Shown: positions 31,657 to 42,547, numbered from the stretch's first letter. The stretch: 64,000 nt of DNA from a virus (IMGVR_UViG_3300037781_000042:96001-160000); one strand, 5' to 3'. A program made the numbers and translations. The notes: generated by a model from the letters alone, not told the origin.

Positions 31657-32901
31657 TTTTGAAAGAATTACCGTAAAGCTTATTTTAGGAACATTATTAA
31701 TTTTTGTTTTAACTTATGCTTTTTTAGTAAAATATTTCAGTGTCACTGAAATGTGGATAACATCATTTATAGTAACATCTATTATTGTATATTTAGAAGA
31801 AAGGAAAAAATGAATAGTATTTTAAAAACAACTATTAAAGAAGAAGGAAATATAGTCCAAATCATAGTTTATGTAGACTATAAAGAAGTATGTAACCTAG
31901 ACGGAGAAGATTTAGGAAATTGGGACTGCGAAATTAACAATTTAACAGAATTATTTAAAATTGACTTTGATTCTTATGTAGAAATAGAATTTGAATCTAT
32001 AGAAGAATTTGAAGAATGGAAAAAATTAAAGGAAATAAAATGAACAACTTTTTAACACAATTAGGAAAAATATTAATATACAGTGGAATATTTATATTAT
32101 TATTACTTCCTTTTCCTGAAATTACAAGCGTGCTATGGAAACATATTTCAATGGCATTAATATTAGGAATTTTTGCAACAGGACTTGATCCACTTGGGAT
32201 AGGTTAAAATGGAAATAACAATTAGAGATGCTTTTTATTTAGTAGGTGGAGTAATAGTTGGAATTTTTTTAAATTCTTTATTAGAATATATTACTTCATT
32301 TTTTACTAGAAAGAAAAAAATTGAAATAATTTCATTAGAAAGAAACAAAGATCATTCTCCAATAGAATGGATAGCAGAATTAGAAAACGGAAAGATGTTA
32401 GGAATTTTGTATATGTCAGGATGTTTAGTTGGAACTATAAGTAAAAAGAAAACTTCTGATTATTTAGACATTTATAAAAAAGGAAATTTTTCTTTTTGTG
32501 ATGTTTTTCATGATGACTATAAATGTTTACCGGCAATAGAAAAATTTTTAAAACAACATAATTTTATAATAAAGGAAATAGAATGAAAAAAGAAACGAAA
32601 AATAAAATAGTAGAATTTTTAACAGACTTTGGCATAGATGCTGTATTAATATTCATTTATGTTCTAATTTTTAAATATTGCCTGTCATATTTTGATTTAA
32701 TGTTTACAGAAGATCAACAAGCAGTAATAGTAGGTATATTAACTTTTTTCGCAGTATTTTTATCAAAAATTATTTTTGATGATAGTTTAAAAAATATTAA
32801 CAATAATATTTATATAGATGACGATGTCTTAGAAAAAATGAACGAGGCATACGAAAAAAGAAAAGCAAATCAAGAAAAATAAATAAAATTTTCTTAAATT
32901 T

Positions 32902-32950
32902 AAATCCTAATCATTAAATATATAGTTTATATCAATGATTAGGATTTTTG
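32902..32950 (+). promoter_or_regulatory. 14-bp hairpin (terminator/RBS-sequestering) with the late-promoter-like motif in its loop
   Basis: aaatcctaatcatt (32902-32915) / aatgattaggattt (32934-32947), loop aaatatatagtttatatc, ATG at 32952. Confidence 0.7.
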
Positions 32951-32951
32951 T

Positions 32952-33311
32952 ATGTATTTAGATTTCAAAAAGTTTTGTTTACAAGAAGATAGTTCAGCTG
33001 TTGCTTTTATGGGACCGGAAACAGACGGTTCTATTGTGTATCAAAGTTGGCACACCCCTTCCTTTCAAGTTGCGATTTTAAGTAGAGAAAGAGCAGCACA
33101 AATCTATGAGCCTAAATCAAATTTAAAACCAAGTCCTACTATAATTAAAAAAGGAGATGAAGTTGAAGTTTTTGATATGAACAAAAAGAAAAACATTCAT
33201 GGTAAGTTTATAACAGGAATAAAAGATCCTGAAGGAAATTATAAAACGGTTACTTTAAATGTAGATGGTAAGATAATTAAATTAGAAACTTCAGAAATAG
33301 AAAAAGCTTAA
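32952..33311 (+). CDS. Hypothetical late-region protein with possible cleavable leader
   Basis: MYLDFKKFCLQE N-terminus; first gene after the hairpin. Confidence 0.45.
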   Translation: MYLDFKKFCLQEDSSAVAFMGPETDGSIVYQSWHTPSFQVAILSRERAAQIYEPKSNLKPSPTIIKKGDEVEVFDMNKKKNIHGKFITGIKDPEGNYKTVTLNVDGKIIKLETSEIEKA

Positions 33312-33320
33312 GAATAACAA

Positions 33321-33797
33321 ATGACATTAAATTTAAATTGTGCTCCTACGGGAACTACAGATGGAAATAAGATAATTATAAGAGACGATCATTTTACTGT
33401 AATTAAAAATGGTAAAACAGTTACTACTGTTTCTTTAAAAGATTGTGTATGGGTTGCAGACAATGTTGTAAGTTATACAATTGATCTTCCTAAAAATTCA
33501 GCAGTTACTTTAGATTCTTCTACTATTTCTTCTGAAACAGATGAAGGAATGATTATGTTTGCTGTAATGGCTAAAAATTCAGTCTTTGCCGAAAAGGATT
33601 ATGAAAATGATAAATTATTTTATACAAGAGATAGTGATGATCCAACTCCGTTAGGACAGTTAAATGTAATTTCTGGAAGTACTGTAAATAGAATTACGGG
33701 AGTTTTTAAATTTTTTAACGGAACTCCTAATGCTGTTATTGATGATATAAATGATGGTCAATATGATGCTACTCTAGATATTTTAATAGCACTTTAA
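33321..33797 (+). CDS. Probable virion structural protein (beta-rich, acidic)
   Basis: Composition (T/D/N/V-rich) and position in the late module. Confidence 0.45.
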   Translation: MTLNLNCAPTGTTDGNKIIIRDDHFTVIKNGKTVTTVSLKDCVWVADNVVSYTIDLPKNSAVTLDSSTISSETDEGMIMFAVMAKNSVFAEKDYENDKLFYTRDSDDPTPLGQLNVISGSTVNRITGVFKFFNGTPNAVIDDINDGQYDATLDILIAL

Positions 33798-33819
33798 AAA
33801 TAGAAAAATAAAAATATAA

Positions 33820-36726
33820 ATGAGCTTATTAGTAGATATAAAGAAAAGAATTGAATTACTTTTAACAGGAATTAGACCTAACATTCCAGATGCCGGAACA
33901 AATCATATTGACGATCCAGGAGATTGGACAGTTGATAGTATTTATAAAGGCGAACTTGCTATTAATGCAGATACTGGGGAACTATTTACTTCTGACGGAA
34001 TTCAGCCTATTAATCTTTCTACAATAGATGGAATTTTAGAAGGTTTAGAAATTTCAACTTCTGGAGCATCTTTAAGAGAGATAAACATTTCAGCAGGTAC
34101 TTTTAGAATAAATGGAAGAGTTTATAAACATGATGGTACTTTAGATGTTGATGATGCAACTATAACAGTTCCAGAAAATATAGAGATTTATCCAAGATTA
34201 GATGCAGTTGCTGTAAAAGGAGATATGACATTTGAATCAGGAGGATTTTATGGAGCAGAATTTAAAGTGTTTAAAGGAAACATTGCTTCTGATATTCCTG
34301 TTCCTTCTGTAGATGATGGATATTTATTTTTAGGTTTTGTATTAGTAATGCCTAATCAAACGGTAAGTGATGTTCTTAGACCTTTACCAGTAACAACACT
34401 TTATGGATATAATATTCCTTTAAATATTAATCCTTTAAAATTTGAAAAAGATTTAACTACTAGAATATTACAATGGGAAACTGATACTTTGTATTTAGAA
34501 AATCAAGTAGTTGAACACGATAATAATTTATATCAAGCAGCTTATACTCATGTATCTGATGGAACTTCTTTATCTACAGATTTTGCTGCAGATAAATTAG
34601 TATCTATGGGAGCAGTAACTGCTTCTAATATAAGTAGATTTTCTCACATAGGAAGTACTCCTACTTCGGGAAACTTTGTAGATCATTTCTTTGATCATTG
34701 GAATACTGATACTAGAATATTAGATGCATTTCAAGATATATCGGCTTTCATAAATTCATTTGCCCCTACTAAACCTGTAAATATAGATAATGCTAATTTG
34801 CAATTAGTTACTGAACATAATAAGGCAGGATTTACAGAAGCGGCTTATGCAGTAGATGATAATTATAGTAATAATATAGTTAGAGATAATACAACAGTAG
34901 AAGCTGAAGTAGAAGAAAAGTTTACTCCTTATGATTCAGGAGCCTTGAAATCGTATTTATTTACACCTTTAACTTCTTATTCAACCGATAATTTAAACTT
35001 AGATCCACCTCCATCTACTTTACCTAATACTGTTATTATAACAGATGCAGAAACAAAATTAGATTTTACTGTAGTTAGAGACGATCATTATGGAACACAA
35101 CAAGGATATAAAGGTTTTTATAATTCAATAGATGCTAATTTAGTAACAGTTGAAACTTTAACTCCTAGTGAAGATTCTTATAAATTAAATATTACTCACT
35201 TAAGTTCTGCTGATGCAACAGAAGTAGAATTTTATGTAGAATCTGTAAGAACTCCAAGTATTGCAAACGTAGAAAACTTTATAGCAGTTTCAAATGATAC
35301 AGATTTAAAATATTTAAGCGGTGTCCCTGTATTAAAAGAAGGAGACCATATTGAATTTGATTATGAAATTCATGATGCTGTTAGATATTTTTATAATCAC
35401 GAAAAAATTACAGAGGTTTCTTCTGATATAATGGAAGAAGCATTAGTTATAGATTTTGGAGATACTGGGTATTTTGATCCTGGATCTTTACCTCCTTTAA
35501 CTTTACCAGCAGGCCCTACAGAAGACGGTCCGGTAATCGAAACTGCAAACGTTGCTTGTTTAATTGCTGAAGATGCAATATCTTCTTCTCCTAGTTTTGT
35601 GATTAAAGCTTATAATGCTTTAGCAGATTCTGTAACTCATAATACTGGCGGAACAGGATTCTTAGTTGATGATGTTACAGTAGAGGAAGGTGTTAGATTA
35701 ACTTCTGGTGTAGGTGATTTTCCAGCAGGTTCTCCTGGAGTAGATTGGGGAGTATTGTATGATGAAGCACAAACACAAGTAAATATATTAGGAAATAAAG
35801 AACTTCAATTATTTGGAGGAAAATATTTTTATCCACAAGTAGATTATACGGCATTTACGGGAGTTACTCATGATGGATCTCCGGTAGCATATCCAGATTA
35901 TTCTAATAGTGATACGGATTATAGATGGACAACCTTTAATTTAGGAACTCTTGAGGCTAAGAAACATTTTAACTTAGAAATAAGAGACACTACGGGAATT
36001 TTATATGATTTAACTGATGGTGTAACTGTTACTCCTGATTTTAAAATGTATATTATGATTTATAACCCATTAAATCCTGCTTATGGAACAGGTTGGTTAG
36101 ATTTAAATAAAGCTTATAATTCTACTTTAATAGAAAATCCTACAGGAGACGGGGATCCTGCACTAGATTTAGGGTGGATGGAAGGAAATGCTAATTATAG
36201 AAGAGCTAGTTTTGGAACAATAGAAAGAACAGGTATAATTTATGTAAGAATAGGAACTTCTTCTAAAAGCATTTCATTTAAAGATGTAGTAGAAACTGAT
36301 GCTACTCCTGAATTAAATGATGCAGGTTGGGACGAATATAACTTAGGAGAAATTGTTGGAGAATCTTATGTAATTTTGTCTATTAACGGAACAGATAATT
36401 CTTTATTGGATGACTTTTTAAATGGAACAACAATGACTTCTAATTTTGATATGCAAGTAAGAGTATTAAATACTGATAATGCAAGTTTAGGAACTGATTG
36501 GATAGATGCAAATGAAGCATATCCTGCAAATGCATTTATTCCAGAAGAATACCAAGATCCTGCATTAGATTTAACTTATTATGATGACGGAGAAACTAAT
36601 CCAGATATTAGAAAAATAACATTTGGTCCAACTACAAGAACAGGACAATTACAAGTAAGGCTAAAAATAAATGGAGATCAACATTATGACGATGTTACAG
36701 TTATAAGTCCTTCATATTTAGCTTAA
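33820..36726 (+). CDS. Large virion structural protein (968 aa) with a carbohydrate-binding-like motif and a duplicated C-terminal domain
   Basis: WETDTLYLENQVVEHDNNLYQA...H resembles CBM5/12 (ChiC-BD). Two ~134-aa repeats share W..NLG...GT.W.D.N.AY...DPALDL...R..FG...RTG...VR. Confidence 0.55.
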   Translation: MSLLVDIKKRIELLLTGIRPNIPDAGTNHIDDPGDWTVDSIYKGELAINADTGELFTSDGIQPINLSTIDGILEGLEISTSGASLREINISAGTFRINGRVYKHDGTLDVDDATITVPENIEIYPRLDAVAVKGDMTFESGGFYGAEFKVFKGNIASDIPVPSVDDGYLFLGFVLVMPNQTVSDVLRPLPVTTLYGYNIPLNINPLKFEKDLTTRILQWETDTLYLENQVVEHDNNLYQAAYTHVSDGTSLSTDFAADKLVSMGAVTASNISRFSHIGSTPTSGNFVDHFFDHWNTDTRILDAFQDISAFINSFAPTKPVNIDNANLQLVTEHNKAGFTEAAYAVDDNYSNNIVRDNTTVEAEVEEKFTPYDSGALKSYLFTPLTSYSTDNLNLDPPPSTLPNTVIITDAETKLDFTVVRDDHYGTQQGYKGFYNSIDANLVTVETLTPSEDSYKLNITHLSSADATEVEFYVESVRTPSIANVENFIAVSNDTDLKYLSGVPVLKEGDHIEFDYEIHDAVRYFYNHEKITEVSSDIMEEALVIDFGDTGYFDPGSLPPLTLPAGPTEDGPVIETANVACLIAEDAISSSPSFVIKAYNALADSVTHNTGGTGFLVDDVTVEEGVRLTSGVGDFPAGSPGVDWGVLYDEAQTQVNILGNKELQLFGGKYFYPQVDYTAFTGVTHDGSPVAYPDYSNSDTDYRWTTFNLGTLEAKKHFNLEIRDTTGILYDLTDGVTVTPDFKMYIMIYNPLNPAYGTGWLDLNKAYNSTLIENPTGDGDPALDLGWMEGNANYRRASFGTIERTGIIYVRIGTSSKSISFKDVVETDATPELNDAGWDEYNLGEIVGESYVILSINGTDNSLLDDFLNGTTMTSNFDMQVRVLNTDNASLGTDWIDANEAYPANAFIPEEYQDPALDLTYYDDGETNPDIRKITFGPTTRTGQLQVRLKINGDQHYDDVTVISPSYLA

Positions 36727-36744
36727 AATTAAATAAATAGATAT

Positions 36745-36972
36745 ATGCATAAAGAAAAAAGAATAATAGAAAGTTTTATAGAATTTAATAAAATAAATGA
36801 AAATGTCGACAGTGATATAGAAAAGTTAAAGAAATTTAATACTCGCGAAAAGCGATATGAATTTATAAAAGATTTTTCTAAAGATAGATTAATAAATATA
36901 GCAGATAAACTTGATATAGATTATGAAGATCATGATGATTTAGAATCTAGAGTATTAAATTGCTTCGATTAG
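36745..36972 (+). CDS. Small protein with capsid-targeting-like leader
   Basis: MHKEKRIIESFIEFNKINE. Confidence 0.5.
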   Translation: MHKEKRIIESFIEFNKINENVDSDIEKLKKFNTREKRYEFIKDFSKDRLINIADKLDIDYEDHDDLESRVLNCFD

Positions 36973-36984
36973 GAAAAGTATTTA

Positions 36985-37425
36985 ATGAAAATTATGAATA
37001 AGAATGAAACAAAAAGAGGATCAGAAGAAAACGAAAAAGGTCCAAGAGCAATTGATATAGAAGGAACCGGAATATTTCTATCTTATCAAATGCTAATATT
37101 ATTAATTGGTGGTTTAGTATCATTAGGAATAACTATAAGTGTTTGGAATTCTTACGATGGGAGTATTCAATCAAATAAGACTGAAATTTCTCAAATAAAA
37201 CGTGAAATGAATGAAAGATTTAAAACTTTAGATAGAAAAATAGATCATAAATATTTAGAAACTATACATAAAGTAGATGAAAAATATGAAATTATAGAAA
37301 GAAGAGTAGATAAAAACAATCTTAGATTTAAAGATTGGATAAAGAAAAATTCTGAAACTATAGATGAAATTCAATTGGACAACATTGAATTATTTTACAC
37401 AAAACAAGATAAAAATAAAAAATAA
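36985..37425 (+). CDS. Single-TM protein with coiled-coil tail (holin/spanin-like possible)
   Basis: One hydrophobic helix (MLILLIGGLVSLGITISVW) followed by a charged coiled coil. Confidence 0.35.
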   Translation: MKIMNKNETKRGSEENEKGPRAIDIEGTGIFLSYQMLILLIGGLVSLGITISVWNSYDGSIQSNKTEISQIKREMNERFKTLDRKIDHKYLETIHKVDEKYEIIERRVDKNNLRFKDWIKKNSETIDEIQLDNIELFYTKQDKNKK

Positions 37426-37439
37426 AAAAGAGAAAAATT

Positions 37440-37910
37440 ATGGAAAGAAAAAATTTAATGAATTTCGAAAACTTTAGAAATCATTTAAACGAAAATGAAG
37501 AAGGTACATTAGAAATAAATAATGTAGAAGAAGAAACTGAAGAAGAGTCTAAAGAAGATAAAAAGAAAGACAAAAAGAAAAAAGACAAGAAAGAAGATAA
37601 AAAATCTGATGGAGAAATAGCATCTGATGTTATGGAAGATGTAATGGAAGACATAGAAAAGAAATTTTCTTCTGATGCTACTTTAACATTTACTTCAAAA
37701 GAAATTACTTTAACTGTACCTGGAGAAGAAGAATCTTATTCATCTACTCAAAAATTAGATGATGATAAAGATATGGAGAAAGTAGTTAAAGAAATGATTA
37801 AAGATATTGAATCTCAAATGGAAGAAGAACCTTCTAAAGAACCAGAAGAAGGAGAAGATCCATCTACAGGAGATGATATTGATTTATCTAAGTTTTTAGA
37901 TGAAGAATAA
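37440..37910 (+). CDS. Highly charged protein with capsid-targeting-like leader (prohead-core-like)
   Basis: MERKNLMNFENFRNHLNE followed by E/K/D-rich low-complexity tracts. Confidence 0.5.
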   Translation: MERKNLMNFENFRNHLNENEEGTLEINNVEEETEEESKEDKKKDKKKKDKKEDKKSDGEIASDVMEDVMEDIEKKFSSDATLTFTSKEITLTVPGEEESYSSTQKLDDDKDMEKVVKEMIKDIESQMEEEPSKEPEEGEDPSTGDDIDLSKFLDEE

Positions 37911-37929
37911 AATTATAAATAGAAAAATA

Positions 37930-38226
37930 ATGAAAAAAGAAAATAGAATAGTAGAAAATTTTGAAAAATTTTCTAAAATAAATGAAGATAGAACCGATGA
38001 AATAACCCCAGGAAAAAAATATACTACATCAGATTATGTTTACGCAGTATCTTTAGATAATGTAGCAGATCAAAATTATGAAGTAACTATCGATAATGGG
38101 GAAGAATTTACAGTACTTCCTAAAGAAGAATGGTATTCTGAAAGGACTATTGCGGTAGATTATTATGGAAATAAAGTATTTGTAGATGGTAATTTTATTA
38201 AATATGAATGCTGGGAAAACAATTAG
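37930..38226 (+). CDS. Small protein with capsid-targeting-like leader (start revised from 37900)
   Basis: MKKENRIVENFEKFSKINE. Confidence 0.5.
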   Translation: MKKENRIVENFEKFSKINEDRTDEITPGKKYTTSDYVYAVSLDNVADQNYEVTIDNGEEFTVLPKEEWYSERTIAVDYYGNKVFVDGNFIKYECWENN

Positions 38227-38249
38227 AAAAATATAATATGAAAAACGAA

Positions 38250-38759
38250 ATGAAAAAAGAACAAAAACAAAGAATAGTAGAAACCTTTAAAGGATTTAAT
38301 GAAGCATTTGATCCTTTTCGCCGCACAAAAATGTATACAAATGCAGACAAAAAACGAGAAAGAGAAGAATTTAGTAAATATGATATTAATTCTATAAAAG
38401 AAAAATTGGAAAAAAATATAAGTTTTCTAAATTCACAAATTTCTAAAGTATTGGAAGCAGATGTTAGATTTATAGTTGAATACGACCCAGAAAAATTTGA
38501 ATTTTTACTTACTTCTAACAATCTTTTAACTTCTATGGATACTATAGGATATAATGTAAAAATGGTACTATTTGGTCATCTAAGTGCATTAGAATCAGGA
38601 TTTTTATTTTTTGAAACAAAAATAAATTATAACTTAGGAGAAGGAATAGAAACTAATTATTTAGAAGCTTTTCCAGGATTAGAAAGATTTATTGCATTTG
38701 GAGTTAATACTGAAACATGGAAATTCGAAAATGTTGATATTGAAGCAATAGATAAATAA
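38250..38759 (+). CDS. Protein with capsid-targeting-like leader (start uncertain: 38208, 38238 or 38250)
   Basis: MKKEQKQRIVETFKGFNE. Confidence 0.45.
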   Translation: MKKEQKQRIVETFKGFNEAFDPFRRTKMYTNADKKREREEFSKYDINSIKEKLEKNISFLNSQISKVLEADVRFIVEYDPEKFEFLLTSNNLLTSMDTIGYNVKMVLFGHLSALESGFLFFETKINYNLGEGIETNYLEAFPGLERFIAFGVNTETWKFENVDIEAIDK

Positions 38760-38792
38760 CAAAGAAAATATAAATATAAATTTAATTTATTT

Positions 38793-38828
38793 AAAAGTCA
38801 AAAGAAGTTTTACTTTTTTGACTTTTTT
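38793..38828 (+). terminator. Intrinsic terminator before tail sheath 1
   Basis: aaaagtcaaaagaagt-ttt-acttttttgactttt hairpin (one bulge) plus a T-run, followed by AAATATATAG at about 38837. Confidence 0.7.
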
Positions 38829-38881
38829 GCTTTTTTAAATATATAGACTATAAAGAAAATATAAATTTAAAATAAAAGACA

Positions 38882-41800
38882 ATGGCAAATAACAGATACT
38901 TAGATTTATCACAGTATAAAGCCCCAGGGATATATTTTGAAGAATATGAAGGAGCTCCGGTAACGCAGGTAGATACTACTATTCTTAGATTAGTTCCAGG
39001 CTTTTCTAGAAAAGGAATTTATAATAAGCCAATCTTAGTTAATTCTAAAAACGAAGCAATTCAAATATTTGGAGATATTGATCCATTTTTAGAAAAAAGA
39101 GGTTCGTTTTTCCACAGATCATTATTTACTGCATTAGAAGCTGGACCTGTTTTAGCTTTAGCATTAATGCCAGTAAACAATGGAACAGATTTAGATTTTC
39201 CAAGAGATGAAGTAGAATATCAATCATTTTCATTAGATACAAAAGAGAAAAATTCTAAAGTATCTAGTGCATTATATTCTGCATTTTTTAATAAAGAAAG
39301 ATTTTGGGAACTAGATTTAGAAAACTTTGATGGTATTATAGAATTTAATGCAACAACTTCAGGAAAATTATTATCAGTAGCAAATTTAGGAACTAAGCAA
39401 GTTTCTTTAATTACTAGAAAAACTAATGTTAAAGGTTTTGATATAACTGCAAGAAAATTCTTTGGACAAAATAATGTTCCAGATTATTTACAAGATTTTG
39501 ATATATTGAATGATTATTTCTTAGAAGTAATTATAATTGAAGGAGATTGGAATGATTATGAGAAATTATCAATTGATCCAATTTATTCAAAATACTTTAC
39601 TAAGGACGGTTTAATTAAATCAAAATTAAATGACTTCTTAGCTGAAGATGGAGTAGATTATGTTCAAAATTATACAGGATCTGTGATTCCTGATTTAATT
39701 GACGGTAACGGTAAAAACTGGTCATTAGATGCAATAATGAATCAAGGAATAACAATAACAGGATTGTTTACTTCTATTAATAGAGAAGTTCTAGAAAATT
39801 GGGAAAATAAAGCTGATTCAGTTTCTGATCTTGATTTAGTAGGTCACTCATTAATTAATCAAACAGCTTCTGGTTCTGCAGTAAAAGAATTAGATTTCTT
39901 ATCATATAAAGCAAACTTCAATACTTCTAAAACTTATCCTTCTTCTGAAAACGGAGAAGATTTATCTACAAAAGTAGGTAATATAACTTTAGATGGTGTT
40001 ACTTTACAATCTAAAGCAATTGAAGGTTATGGATTATTGAATAATAGGTTAAGAATAATAAAGCCTACAGATGCTACCCAGTTAGCTACTTATAATACTT
40101 TAAAGCAAGCAGCTACTGAAAAAACAGCTGTATTTGCAGGACATAATGATACAACAGATACTGCTTCTGAAATTTATTTTGGTGTTGTAGATGCTTACGA
40201 AATAAATGAAGTAAATTCTTTAGGAGACAATGAAATAGTTCTTTATGTAGATTTAAAGAATTCTGGAAAATCTGCTGAAGCTGATACGGTTTATACGTTT
40301 GATGAAACTGATTTGGATGCAAATTCAATCAATTTAACTTCATATACAGTATATGGTGCTGAAGTTGGTAGACAAATTTATTTCAAACCTAAAACTTCTG
40401 CTTCTACAGGATATTATGCAACTATTTCATCATTAACATTAGATGATCCAGGAGATGAATGTGCTATCGTAGTAACAGGATTACCTGATACAATGACTAA
40501 TTTAGGAATTGGAAACTCTACTCACGATGTTGTAGTAAGTAATTTAAATCCTTGTCAAGCTATAAATAGTGGTTTAACTTGGACTGTTAGATATTCAGCT
40601 GCTCCTAATTTAACTATTTTAGATGAAGCAGGAACTGATTATTTAGAAGTTTATTCAGGATCAGATCTTTACAAAGATATTGAATCTGGTTTAATTAAGA
40701 ATGGACAAGTTACTGGAGATACTGAATATTTGAAAATTGAAAAAGCGCAAGATTCTGTAGGAATTGATATTTATAATGTTAAGTTCTTTACAAATGAAAG
40801 TTTATCAATCAATTCAGCAACAGATGCTCCGGCTGAAGATGCTACATTCACAACTCCATTTACGACTACGGATATAGTACAAACGGTTCCTATCGTAACA
40901 AATTCATTATCAGCAGATACAAAATCTGTTAAAATAACGAATGCTAATTTAGGAGATACTAAAGTAGGGGATTATATTGCAACTTCAATAACTGAAGGTT
41001 TAACTACTAAATATTATGCGGCTAAGATTATTTCAATGGTAAGTAATGGAGATGGTACTAAAACTGTAACGTCTGCAGCTTCAATTACTACATTTGATGT
41101 ATCTTCTGTTGATAACGTTTACATTTTATCTGCAGTTGAAGACTTTGCAACTAATTATACTTTTGCTACTTTAAGTGGATTTACAGTAAACGATTATCAC
41201 CTACCAGGTAATTTCTTAAATAGACAATCTCAATTAGAGAAAATTATTAAAGTAATGGGACCAGGAACAAATATCTACAAAGCTCTTGCTGATAATGAAA
41301 CAATGAGATTTAGATATATTGTTGATACATTCAGTGGAGGTGTTTCTGCAGAATGTTATCCTAAAAACTTAATTACTAGATTAGCTAAAGATAAATTAAG
41401 ATGTTTAGCTATAATGAATACTCCTTCTTGGAAAGAATTGAAAGAGTCTACTGATCCTAGGTTCTCTGATTTACCGTCAGAAGTTGATCCTAGACCACCA
41501 ATTAAAGTTCAATATATTAAAGAAGGTGGTAACTTAAGTTTAGGACCAAGTGTTAGATTCTCGCTTCCTTCAGAAGAAAATGGTTCAAGACATTGTGGTT
41601 TCTTCGGAACATATCCATTAGTTAGATATAATAAGAAAAATATTGCAGTTCCGCCTGCAGCTGGAATTTCAAATAGATTTGTTTCTAAGCATTTTGATGG
41701 AACTAAGTTTAATGCAGTTGCTGGTAAATATGGAGGATTCTCTGTAACTGGAGCAACAGGAGCATTAGAGCATGATTTTACTTTTGAAGATAGAGAGTTT

Positions 41801-42238
41801 TTAGCTGAGTTAGGTTGGAATCCGATTGTTTGGAGAGAAAATCAAGGTTATGTAATATTTGATAACTTGATGGCATACCAAGAACAATTATCTGCATTTA
41901 ACTACTTATCAACTAGAGATTTATTAATTACTATTGAAGATGGTATAGATTCAATCTTACAATCTTACTTATGGGATAATAATACAGATTTCTTAAGAGA
42001 AGAAGTTTCTGCTAGATTAAGAGCATTCTTAAATCAAGTTAAAGTTGCTGGAGGTTTAACTGACTATAAAGTAACAATGACAAGTGCTAATAACACAAAT
42101 GAAACAATAACTGCAGGATTTGGTATAATTGATATTGATGTAGAACCTACATTCCCAATATCTAAATACTTGAATAGAATTACTGTTCATAATGCTGGAG
42201 GCGTTGGAGAATTGCAACAATCTGGTTTTAGCGGTTAA
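38882..42238 (+). CDS. Contractile tail sheath protein 1 (T4 gp18-like)
   Basis: N-terminal YKAPGIYFEE...GFSRKG..NKP.LV. C-terminal NPIVW...G.VIF...LS.RDLLI.IE..I...L..Y.WD.N....R......AFL..V...GG..DY.V...NN......G....I.VEP. Confidence 0.92.
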   Translation: MANNRYLDLSQYKAPGIYFEEYEGAPVTQVDTTILRLVPGFSRKGIYNKPILVNSKNEAIQIFGDIDPFLEKRGSFFHRSLFTALEAGPVLALALMPVNNGTDLDFPRDEVEYQSFSLDTKEKNSKVSSALYSAFFNKERFWELDLENFDGIIEFNATTSGKLLSVANLGTKQVSLITRKTNVKGFDITARKFFGQNNVPDYLQDFDILNDYFLEVIIIEGDWNDYEKLSIDPIYSKYFTKDGLIKSKLNDFLAEDGVDYVQNYTGSVIPDLIDGNGKNWSLDAIMNQGITITGLFTSINREVLENWENKADSVSDLDLVGHSLINQTASGSAVKELDFLSYKANFNTSKTYPSSENGEDLSTKVGNITLDGVTLQSKAIEGYGLLNNRLRIIKPTDATQLATYNTLKQAATEKTAVFAGHNDTTDTASEIYFGVVDAYEINEVNSLGDNEIVLYVDLKNSGKSAEADTVYTFDETDLDANSINLTSYTVYGAEVGRQIYFKPKTSASTGYYATISSLTLDDPGDECAIVVTGLPDTMTNLGIGNSTHDVVVSNLNPCQAINSGLTWTVRYSAAPNLTILDEAGTDYLEVYSGSDLYKDIESGLIKNGQVTGDTEYLKIEKAQDSVGIDIYNVKFFTNESLSINSATDAPAEDATFTTPFTTTDIVQTVPIVTNSLSADTKSVKITNANLGDTKVGDYIATSITEGLTTKYYAAKIISMVSNGDGTKTVTSAASITTFDVSSVDNVYILSAVEDFATNYTFATLSGFTVNDYHLPGNFLNRQSQLEKIIKVMGPGTNIYKALADNETMRFRYIVDTFSGGVSAECYPKNLITRLAKDKLRCLAIMNTPSWKELKESTDPRFSDLPSEVDPRPPIKVQYIKEGGNLSLGPSVRFSLPSEENGSRHCGFFGTYPLVRYNKKNIAVPPAAGISNRFVSKHFDGTKFNAVAGKYGGFSVTGATGALEHDFTFEDREFLAELGWNPIVWRENQGYVIFDNLMAYQEQLSAFNYLSTRDLLITIEDGIDSILQSYLWDNNTDFLREEVSARLRAFLNQVKVAGGLTDYKVTMTSANNTNETITAGFGIIDIDVEPTFPISKYLNRITVHNAGGVGELQQSGFSG

Positions 42239-42263
42239 AATATATAAATTATAAAATTAAAAC

Positions 42264-42290
42264 GGAGGTCGAAAGGCCTCCTTACTTTTT
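42264..42290 (+). terminator. Intrinsic terminator after tail sheath 1
   Basis: ggaggtc-GAAA-ggcctcc hairpin (42264-42281) followed by ttacttttt. Confidence 0.75.
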
Positions 42291-42316
42291 AAATAAAAAC
42301 AAATAAGAAAAACAAA

Positions 42317-42547
42317 ATGAAAAAAGAACAAAGAATAGTAGAAAGTTTTGAAGATTTTCAAAATCCTGAAGCAGCTCCAGTAGAAAATAAAATTTCTCCA
42401 GAAGCAAAAGAAAGAATGGAAAGTTTCGCAGATGCTGAAAATTTAACAGCTCTTGTTGATAGTGTAAGATTATTTGCTTCTGAAATGATGAACGACGGTT
42501 TTGAAAAAGAAGATGTAATGGAATACATTGAATCTATAATTGATTAA
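42317..42547 (+). CDS. Small acidic protein with capsid-targeting-like leader
   Basis: MKKEQRIVESFEDF; internal RMESF. Confidence 0.5.
   Translation: MKKEQRIVESFEDFQNPEAAPVENKISPEAKERMESFADAENLTALVDSVRLFASEMMNDGFEKEDVMEYIESIID

Noticed and set aside
37545-37610. KKDKK/EE low-complexity repeat
   Set aside because: A simple charged tract within a coding region; no independent function is supportable.
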